Assembly (NCBI GenBank): GCA_964600575.1
Contig: CAZRJH010000005.1
Location: 8,040 to 72,039, forward strand
Source: an uncultured Gammaproteobacteria bacterium
GTDB taxonomy: Bacteria > Patescibacteriota > Microgenomatia > UBA8517
DNA length: 64,000 nt
Reading direction: 5' to 3'
Shown here: positions 19,174-26,640 of the stretch, one piece after another
How the letters are laid out: each line of letters opens with the position of its first letter
Numbering within the stretch: position 1 is the first letter of the stretch
The notes under the pieces: model-generated
Database searches by the model: none
Seen by the model: only the letters and a program-made list of their open reading frames with translations
Told to the model about the DNA's origin: nothing
Position numbers and translations under genes: made by a program

Positions 19174-19217
19174 TCCCGGAGGGAAACAAATAGCCCAGTT
19201 TTCCTCCGGATTTTTTT
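19174..19217 (+). terminator. rho-independent terminator
   Basis: ccggagg...cctccgg hairpin followed by a 7-T run. Confidence 0.5.
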
Positions 19218-19227
19218 GGAATGGAGG

Positions 19228-19647
19228 TTATTGTTCCAACCCCAGTATCCGGGCAATGTCTGTTGTAGAAGAGATCTCTATTTTTGGAATTTCAACCAAG
19301 GTTGCGTTTACCTTCTTGGCATGGGCCTCTTTTTTGGATTTAACTAAATCTCCTTGTGTTATGGCAACAATGTGGGGAGAAACATCCAAAACCAGTTTTT
19401 CGTAGTCGGTATCGGTCATAGAATCTCCCAAAACTACTACCTCATCCACAAAACTTAAAGATTCCAGAATTTCTTTTCTTTGGTTTTGGTTGTGGAACGG
19501 CCTACCTTCACCTTTAAGTTTTTTGATGTTTTTGTCGGATTCTATAGCCACAACCAAGTAGTCTCCCAACGCCTTTGAACTTTTAAGAAAGTGAATGTGA
19601 CCAAAGTGTAAAATATCAAAACACCCGCCGACAAGAATTTTCTTCAT
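19228..19647 (-). CDS. cytidylyltransferase-like nucleotidyltransferase (CTP_transf_like; RfaE-II / glycerol-3-P cytidylyltransferase family)
   Basis: N-terminal GGCFDILHFGHIHFL (the HxGH motif of the family). Confidence 0.7.
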   Translation of the reverse strand: MKKILVGGCFDILHFGHIHFLKSSKALGDYLVVAIESDKNIKKLKGEGRPFHNQNQRKEILESLSFVDEVVVLGDSMTDTDYEKLVLDVSPHIVAITQGDLVKSKKEAHAKKVNATLVEIPKIEISSTTDIARILGLEQ

Positions 19648-19710
19648 GATCCAAGTATATCAGTAGTTTTTGGCAATTTTTCCGTTTATGTATTAAAATC
19701 CCAAGTCTGT

Positions 19711-20823
19711 ATGTCCGCCGAACTAAAGCAAGAACAAGTAGAGACAAAAGAAAAGCTTCATCCAAATAATGTTCTCAACCGTGCCATGGACTATTACCTT
19801 TTGAATGCAATCGAAAAAGGAATGCTAAGGGAGAAAGGGGATCCTAAGATAGTAATGGGAGTAATAGAACACTTTGCCAGGACATCTGACTTTAACAGTA
19901 GAGACGGCGGGCTTCCTCCAAAAGAGGATTTTGAAGAAGATAAAAATACGATTTTAGAACTCGGTAAAGCCGCTTTTACAGCCTACTCAACAGGGAAAAG
20001 TGTAAGAGAGGTTGCCAGAGGAAAATTTGATCCTAGGCTTTTGGCATATGCTCCGCAAGCACTTTTGTTTTACTCTTATCTTCCTTTGCTTTCGAATCTA
20101 AAAGAAGTTGCACTTGGAGAAATGGAGTATGGTTTTGGCAAAAAACTAAATAGACTCCAACCTCATAATGCCTTAGCTGCTGGAGAAATGATGAAGGCGG
20201 CATCAATCAGAGTTGCAGGGGCACTTGTAGAAAAATATAAAGGTAAAGATACTTCTAATCTTTCGATATTTGAGCTTGGGTGTGGAAACGCCAGTTTTTC
20301 TGCGGAAGTTATTGAAGCGTTTTCCAATGCGGGACTTATTCCTCCCGTGATACTTGCCACAGATCTTGACCCGGCAACTCAAGTTGCGGCACAAAAACTA
20401 TTTAGAGAAAAAGGAATTTCGGAAAAACTTAATGTTATGAAGGTTGATATGGGTAATCTGGTAGAGGTTGCTAAAGCGGCTAATAAACTAGGAGACAGAG
20501 AAGCCTTGGTGCATATAGGTTTTATTCTCCACGAGAGTAGAGAATTGGCCGAAAGAACTTTATCTGCGCTAACCCAAGTGTTTAAAAACAAGAAAGTAAC
20601 TTTTGCTTTCTCCGAATACTTTTTGCAGGACGATCCTTCTAACGAAGTTCCTGCCTGGTTTCAGACCCTTCATCATATGACTCAGGAGCTTTTTGATCGA
20701 GACGGATTTTTTGAGTTCAATAAAAGCTTTGGCCTTAAACTTGTGCAGGAAATTCCCCACAACTTAAGAAAAGATACCGGGGAAGTAATAAACTCCACAA
20801 CTCTCTGGACTGTTGCCAGTTGA
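19711..20823 (+). CDS. putative SAM-dependent methyltransferase-like protein
   Basis: Motif-I-like IFELGCGNASFSAEV; the rest is unassigned. Confidence 0.45.
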   Translation: MSAELKQEQVETKEKLHPNNVLNRAMDYYLLNAIEKGMLREKGDPKIVMGVIEHFARTSDFNSRDGGLPPKEDFEEDKNTILELGKAAFTAYSTGKSVREVARGKFDPRLLAYAPQALLFYSYLPLLSNLKEVALGEMEYGFGKKLNRLQPHNALAAGEMMKAASIRVAGALVEKYKGKDTSNLSIFELGCGNASFSAEVIEAFSNAGLIPPVILATDLDPATQVAAQKLFREKGISEKLNVMKVDMGNLVEVAKAANKLGDREALVHIGFILHESRELAERTLSALTQVFKNKKVTFAFSEYFLQDDPSNEVPAWFQTLHHMTQELFDRDGFFEFNKSFGLKLVQEIPHNLRKDTGEVINSTTLWTVAS

Positions 20824-20855
20824 TTTTCACACGCAACCCTCGTTAATATGGGTAT

Positions 20856-22001
20856 ATGCTGCCCGCAAAAGAAAAACCCGAAGAAGTAAAAGAAGCTAAA
20901 GTAACTGTAGACTCTAAAAAAGAAACAAAAGAACCCAAGGATATAAAAGAGGTTAAAGAGGTTAAAAAAGCCGAACCAAAAAGCAAGGTTAAACTTGCCA
21001 TAGATTACTCCGCTCTTAAAAAGTTTAGACTTGTTGTTGTTGCTTACTCCAGTATTCAGCGTGAACATTTTGCTACAAAAGATGCATACGAAGCAGAGAT
21101 AGAGGTTGAACAAAGAGCTATCGAGGTTTCGGAAGAGATACGAAAGTTGGGGGTTCCCGTGCGCACACTTCCCGGTGATCAATATTTTTACACCAACTTG
21201 TTAGTTGATAAACCCGATCTTGTGGTTAACTTGGTGGATACTATAAAAGGAAGAGATGTTCTTCAGACATCTGTTCCTGCTGCACTTGAGTTGGCAAACA
21301 TTCCATACACAGGTGCAGGAATGGAAGGTTTGGTTGTGGGTAATAACAGGAACTTAACCAAAAGACTTTTAATGGCATACGATGTTCCCACACCTCCTTT
21401 TCAGTTCATAAGACGCGGCGGAACAAATATAGACGAAGATTTGGGTGTTCCTTTGATAGTTAAACTAAACGAAGGCGGGGGAAGCGTGGGAATAAACAAC
21501 AATGCAGTAAAAGAAAGCGGTAGGGCCGCAAAACTTAGAGCTAACAGTTTAATCTCCACATATAAAGTCCCTATTATCGTAGAAAAATTTGTAGACGGAC
21601 CGGAAGTTACGGCGGTCGTCTTTGATGACGGCGTTAAGCGTCATGTGTTTATGGCACAAAAGAAGTTTGGTTTTAAACCCGACGGTAAACATGAGTTTAC
21701 TAGTATAGAATCCTACAGAAATTGGAAGTCTTATCGGTATGTTCCGGTTGACGAAAACAATAAATATGAAATTACAAAGCTTGCGGTCCGCGCTTTTGGC
21801 GGATTACAACATAAAGATTATGCAAAGTTCGATATTAGAATAGACGGTGACACGGGAATTCCATATTTTACTGACAGTAATCCTAATACAGCTTTTGGCC
21901 CTGACAAAGGTTTACCGATGACGGAAGTTTTGGGAATGAACGGCGTAGATTTTTCTGATGTTCTGGCTAGTCTTCTTTCTAAGTACGCCAAAGACCTCTA
22001 A
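20856..22001 (+). CDS. ATP-grasp enzyme, D-alanine--D-alanine ligase-like, with Lys/Glu-rich N-terminal extension
   Basis: LIVKLNEGGGSVGI, EVTAVVFDDG and KFDIRIDGDTGIPYFTDSNPNTAFGP resemble the Ddl family C-terminal half. Confidence 0.6.
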   Translation: MLPAKEKPEEVKEAKVTVDSKKETKEPKDIKEVKEVKKAEPKSKVKLAIDYSALKKFRLVVVAYSSIQREHFATKDAYEAEIEVEQRAIEVSEEIRKLGVPVRTLPGDQYFYTNLLVDKPDLVVNLVDTIKGRDVLQTSVPAALELANIPYTGAGMEGLVVGNNRNLTKRLLMAYDVPTPPFQFIRRGGTNIDEDLGVPLIVKLNEGGGSVGINNNAVKESGRAAKLRANSLISTYKVPIIVEKFVDGPEVTAVVFDDGVKRHVFMAQKKFGFKPDGKHEFTSIESYRNWKSYRYVPVDENNKYEITKLAVRAFGGLQHKDYAKFDIRIDGDTGIPYFTDSNPNTAFGPDKGLPMTEVLGMNGVDFSDVLASLLSKYAKDL

Positions 22002-22049
22002 AAACCGCAAAAAGCGGCAATTGGACAAAGATAGCTTCACTTCGTATAA

Positions 22050-22751
22050 TTGCCTTGCCTGCCGTCAGGCAGGGAACCCAATATGGTATTAGAGAAAAAC
22101 CCGAAAACCAGGCATTTAGTTAAAAAGCTTCTCGAGGCTGAGGATCACATCAAAGGAAAACCGTTCCCATCTATGCTTAGGGTGCGTCAGGTTACCAAAT
22201 CCACCTGCGGCCCGGCTACTCTGGAGATGCTTTTTTCTTTCGTGGGGGGAAAGGTTAGCCAGAAAAACTTGATCAAACTTGGCGGTTTAGCCCGAAAAAT
22301 AGACCTATACGGCCTTAACATTAATGACATGGCCAAAGCGGCAAACGCCTTTGGTAAGAAAAAGTATACCTTCTGGAGAAAACAAAGCTCCACACTTAGC
22401 GACTTGGATAAGGTTGTTAACAAATTCCATTTTCCGGTTGGGGTTGAGTGGCAGGGCGTATTTTACGAAAACGAGGACGAGGATTCCGGGCATTACGGAG
22501 TTGTTACAAAGGTAGACAAAAAGACGGACTCAATGAGAATAGCCGACCCGTTTTTTAACGGTTATTTTAACTTCAAAGGGACGGACAGAAAGTTTAAACT
22601 AACCGAGTTCAAAAAGAGGTGGTGGGATGTTAACGAGATAAAAGTGGCAGGGTCTAAAAAAACAAGAACAATAAAAGATGTGAGAGTCATGTTTATTATT
22701 ACTCCAAAAGGGGATGTCTGGCCCGAGAAGCTAGGGATGGTTAAGATATAA
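22050..22751 (+). CDS. peptidase C39-like domain protein (standalone)
   Basis: Putative catalytic Cys in KSTCGPATLEML and His in SGHYGVV, in C39-like spacing. Confidence 0.5.
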   Translation: MPCLPSGREPNMVLEKNPKTRHLVKKLLEAEDHIKGKPFPSMLRVRQVTKSTCGPATLEMLFSFVGGKVSQKNLIKLGGLARKIDLYGLNINDMAKAANAFGKKKYTFWRKQSSTLSDLDKVVNKFHFPVGVEWQGVFYENEDEDSGHYGVVTKVDKKTDSMRIADPFFNGYFNFKGTDRKFKLTEFKKRWWDVNEIKVAGSKKTRTIKDVRVMFIITPKGDVWPEKLGMVKI

Positions 22752-22816
22752 AAAATCTGGGCGCAGAAGTTTTTTGATTCCACGCCCAGCATGCACTATT
22801 TGTTGTCGACATTACT

Positions 22817-23341
22817 TCATCTCTCGATTACCGTTGCGGTTATTTGTGAATTTTGACAATCATCCTTGTCGAATGTTGCGTCTATTCTGACAATAACCGA
22901 ATCATAAGTTTGGGTTATGCTTTGTTTTTCGGCTGTTCCGCCAAAAGGAACTCTGCTCACTTCGACAACATTGCCTCGCACTACATATACAAGATTAGCG
23001 AGCCAAAAAGACTCGGCGTCATAACTGCAAAGATCAGGATGTGCTAAGGCAACGCCCCAACCGTAATCGGGTGTTGTAAAAGTGTTTGTGTTTAAAAGAA
23101 GAGATCTGTCGCCGTTGTTGTGTGCGTCAAGTTTGAAACTTGCCTCGTCTTGCTGCCAACCTAAAAAACTTAGCTTAAGTGCTTCGTCTAAGTTCTTAGG
23201 AACTTGTGGAAGTATTTTGGTTTGCAGTGTGTTTAACGCTTTAGCATCCGCCACAGGGTAGGGAAAGATAAGCATTGCAAACACGGTTGCGGCAAGAAAG
23301 ACGGTTCGAATGTATTGCATTAAAGATGCAACCTTTTTCAT
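22817..23341 (-). CDS. hypothetical secreted protein
   Basis: N-terminal signal peptide (AMLIFPYPVADA). Confidence 0.45.
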   Translation of the reverse strand: MKKVASLMQYIRTVFLAATVFAMLIFPYPVADAKALNTLQTKILPQVPKNLDEALKLSFLGWQQDEASFKLDAHNNGDRSLLLNTNTFTTPDYGWGVALAHPDLCSYDAESFWLANLVYVVRGNVVEVSRVPFGGTAEKQSITQTYDSVIVRIDATFDKDDCQNSQITATVIER

Positions 23342-23429
23342 ATGCGTCTCCTTTAGAGTAGGCCACTCTTTTAAATATATTTAAAACGTACAAATAGTCA
23401 GACAGAAAGTATATGAAAAATTTGGATAT

Positions 23430-24476
23430 CTAATCAAGACCTATTTGAAATTTAACTTTATCTTGGAGGTATTTTGGGGTAGGATAAACCCTTTGTTTAA
23501 ATGCAAATATTCGCTCGTCGTTTTTCATAAAACCTTTATTTTTTAGAATCGATACCTGATCAGAAATTCTTGCCTTAGCAATCGTATTATCTACACCGTC
23601 TGTAGATTCACGTCCCCATTCCTGAAGATATCCGGCCACACTATGGTGATCCGGCACATTATATTCGGTAACGACCGCTCTTTGGCTTATTGTGTCGGTG
23701 ATATGTAAGCCTCCGAAGCCGGAAATTTCCTGTAGAAAATATCCCAGCTGCTTTGTTGGAATATCTTTTCTTGTTGTGCGCACCGAACGTAAGTTGGTGT
23801 TGTATGCTCTTGCTAATCCAACCGAATTTCTTTCGCACGAAACAAACGCATTAACAGATGAATTTGGAGCTTCGGTAACACCTTCCAAGGCAAGTGTGGT
23901 GTTTTGAATAAGAGTCATGAATTGAGTACCGGACCATACCATATCGTCGATTACTGTTGCCGATATATCTTTGCTGTTTAGTTTATTCTCTTCCATTGTT
24001 CGTCTAATGCTTTCTTTTATTCCGCCTTTGTTTCCTGTGGCGTCTACCATATATGCCGAACCTTTTCCCGCAACATCTTCTATTAAGCCGAATAGAGCCT
24101 GTGACATCATCCACTGACTTTTGTGATATTTTTCGGTTCCATGAACGGGGATTAAAACCTTTTTGCCTTTTTTAATTTCTTCTAGGCTGTGTTTTAGAGC
24201 CATTTTTAGACAGTCTAGGTGATCCTGTTCGGAGACTAGTCCAAACTGTTGTTTGTATTCGTCGACCAAAACTGCTGGATCAAGGTTGTACATTTTTCGC
24301 TTTTCCGAAAATGCCTCCATAATAATTTTTAGTCCGTCCAGATACTTTTGATTTATTTCTCCCTCTGGCATGGGTTCCAACGGTTTATTTTCGGGAATGT
24401 TTTTGAGTGTTTCTAAAGCCAGGTCTATTTTTTTGTTTCCCGCTTCTTCCATAAAAACTTTTGAAGATTCTGCCAT
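23430..24476 (-). CDS. hypothetical protein with phosphoribosyltransferase-like motif
   Basis: ATVIDDMVWSGTQ resembles the type I PRTase PRPP-binding motif. Confidence 0.35.
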   Translation of the reverse strand: MAESSKVFMEEAGNKKIDLALETLKNIPENKPLEPMPEGEINQKYLDGLKIIMEAFSEKRKMYNLDPAVLVDEYKQQFGLVSEQDHLDCLKMALKHSLEEIKKGKKVLIPVHGTEKYHKSQWMMSQALFGLIEDVAGKGSAYMVDATGNKGGIKESIRRTMEENKLNSKDISATVIDDMVWSGTQFMTLIQNTTLALEGVTEAPNSSVNAFVSCERNSVGLARAYNTNLRSVRTTRKDIPTKQLGYFLQEISGFGGLHITDTISQRAVVTEYNVPDHHSVAGYLQEWGRESTDGVDNTIAKARISDQVSILKNKGFMKNDERIFAFKQRVYPTPKYLQDKVKFQIGLD

Positions 24477-24542
24477 AACGAACAGTATAGCATCGGCTGA
24501 ATTTTGTTTGACAACCTATAGCTATAGGTGTAGCATACCCGC

Positions 24543-25082
24543 ATGGAAAGAGATATTTGGTTAAAAGAATACATGGCCCGAATCGAGGCCAACTATAACG
24601 ATAGTAAAGAGTTTGGCCGCAGGTGGGCGGACAGAATAGAATCAGCTTCTAACTTACTTGCCAAAAAAATACCTCAGGCTGCAGGAACAATTAAATCCGG
24701 TGACTTTGAATCTCATTTAGCAAAGATAACGGGCACAACCGGGAAAATATCAGAAATGCTGGGGGTAGTTGTTATGGGTGAGGGTTTAAAACGAGAAATT
24801 TACAGTGTTCATTATTCCGAGGAAGATTATTCGTTTGCTCATATCAAAAAAGGTTTTACTGTCAGGTACTGTATTAGTCCCGGAGAGTATAAAAGCGTCC
24901 TAAACCTTGCCGGAAAGCCGCATATTTGGCAAGAAATGGGAGAAAAAACAGGAAAGGCCCTGGAAGTAATTGGTGTGTTTTTAGATAGCCAATTGCCAAG
25001 GCTTACAGAAGACTCACATAGTGCCGACTTCAACAAAATTATGGCACAATTAGAAGAACAAGTTGGCAATCTTCCATACTAA
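24543..25082 (+). CDS. hypothetical protein
   Basis: 179-aa ORF, no motif recognised. Confidence 0.4.
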   Translation: MERDIWLKEYMARIEANYNDSKEFGRRWADRIESASNLLAKKIPQAAGTIKSGDFESHLAKITGTTGKISEMLGVVVMGEGLKREIYSVHYSEEDYSFAHIKKGFTVRYCISPGEYKSVLNLAGKPHIWQEMGEKTGKALEVIGVFLDSQLPRLTEDSHSADFNKIMAQLEEQVGNLPY

Positions 25083-25092
25083 TTTTTTTTCG

Positions 25093-25386
25093 TTATATTT
25101 CTTTTTTGATTGCTCGGTAGATTGTTAATGTGGCGTAGGGGATCACCAGAAAAAATAAATACTCTTCTAAAGGCAAAACTCCAATCCTTATTCCCAAGAG
25201 ATTATCCATATTAAAATACCAATGTCCCCGTATTACTGCAAAACTGTCCCACAAAACACCTATTACAAAGAAAACCAAAGGAATAATAAGTCTCTCTTTT
25301 CTGGACTTATATAGATGAATTCTGTACTTAATTTCTAGCCCCAGAGAAAAAATAAAAAGAAGAATTAGTATTATTAAATATTCCAT
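25093..25386 (-). CDS. small membrane protein
   Basis: 97 aa with 3 predicted TM helices. Confidence 0.35.
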   Translation of the reverse strand: MEYLIILILLFIFSLGLEIKYRIHLYKSRKERLIIPLVFFVIGVLWDSFAVIRGHWYFNMDNLLGIRIGVLPLEEYLFFLVIPYATLTIYRAIKKEI

Positions 25387-25428
25387 TGATTCATTTTAGC
25401 AAAAAAAATTCTGGTATATTTAATATTC

Positions 25429-26076
25429 ATGACAAAACCTGTTTCTGTAAGAAGAGTAGTATGGACATCGTTTTTTGTTGACCTTCTGGACATAATTTTA
25501 AACATAACCGTAGCAGTTTTAACGGGTAGTATTGTTATGGTTGCCGAACTTTTACAAGCTATCGCAGATTTAACATCCTCCTTATTTTTGATAGTGGGTA
25601 TCAATAGGTCTAAAAAAGAAGTATTTATGTGGACCATGCTTTCTGCACTAATGATGCTATTTGTCGGCGCCAGTATGTCGTTTTACTTTGGCTACCAAAG
25701 ATATATAAACCCCGAGGCAATTGACAATATTGTTATTGCTTTTATAGCACTGATAATAGCCGCCGTTTCTAACGGTTATGCCTTTTTTATAAGCGTAAGA
25801 AGAATACAAGGTTCCAAAAAAAATAAAAATATTTTTGAGTCGTTTGAAAAGTCGAAACTAATAATGACCAAAAATACATTTGTCTTGGACCTTATGGGCA
25901 TGAGTTCTGCATTAACAGGGCTTACTGCTTTGGCTTTGTATTTACTTACTGGTAATTATAAATTTGACGGACTTGGAGCTATGGGAATAGGTGTAATCTT
26001 GGGAATACTTTCTTTAAGATTAATTTTTGATTTAATAGTAAAAAACAACAGGGGGGAGCTGGAGTCGGAAACTTAA
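25429..26076 (+). CDS. cation-diffusion-facilitator-like membrane protein (TM domain only)
   Basis: N-terminal TM1-TM2 pattern resembles CDF (SIVMVAELLQAIADLTSS) but the metal-binding His/Asp residues are replaced; no cytoplasmic domain. Confidence 0.45.
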   Translation: MTKPVSVRRVVWTSFFVDLLDIILNITVAVLTGSIVMVAELLQAIADLTSSLFLIVGINRSKKEVFMWTMLSALMMLFVGASMSFYFGYQRYINPEAIDNIVIAFIALIIAAVSNGYAFFISVRRIQGSKKNKNIFESFEKSKLIMTKNTFVLDLMGMSSALTGLTALALYLLTGNYKFDGLGAMGIGVILGILSLRLIFDLIVKNNRGELESET

Positions 26077-26312
26077 ACACTACCCAAATGTTCATCTCCG
26101 TCGGCTTCTAGCAGGTTGGCGGATACCTTTAGTTGGGAGGCCGCATCCTCCGCAATAGTGCGTGCTTCCGCAAAATTTCCTCCGTTCTTTTTGAATGCTT
26201 TTAGCCTTGAATCTGTATTGTCGTGGCTTTTATTGTGCCATTCATCAATGCGAGTAGAACCAGAGGCATGGTGGGACCGAACATATTTGGAGATATCGCC
26301 TTCGTTATCCAA
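26073..26312 (-). CDS. hypothetical small protein
   Basis: 79-aa ORF, His/Asp-rich. Confidence 0.3.
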   Translation of the reverse strand: MDNEGDISKYVRSHHASGSTRIDEWHNKSHDNTDSRLKAFKKNGGNFAEARTIAEDAASQLKVSANLLEADGDEHLGSV

Positions 26313-26353
26313 CTTGGGTGATTATACCAAAGAATAGGAATGGCGGTCAAAAT

Positions 26354-26572
26354 TTAACCCTCAAAATTTAATTCGGAAGCAAGTTTTCTAAGGTCAAGTT
26401 TTGTAACAGGAAAGGTTGATTCCAACAATTGTTTGTAATCATCCAATGTCATGCGTCCTTCGAGATACTCAACGGTTGCAGCTCTTTCTTTTTCTTGAGC
26501 TTTGGTTATTTCTTCCAAGGTAGGGGGGGTGTTTAAGGCAAAAATTTCTTGTAAGTTTTCTCTGAGTGACAT
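26354..26572 (-). CDS. hypothetical small protein
   Basis: 72-aa ORF. Confidence 0.3.
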   Translation of the reverse strand: MSLRENLQEIFALNTPPTLEEITKAQEKERAATVEYLEGRMTLDDYKQLLESTFPVTKLDLRKLASELNFEG

Positions 26573-26640
26573 GTTCGTTAATAATACTTCATATTTTTAA
26601 TAGTCACAATTTTTAAACTTAAAACAAGCTTTGTGGCACT

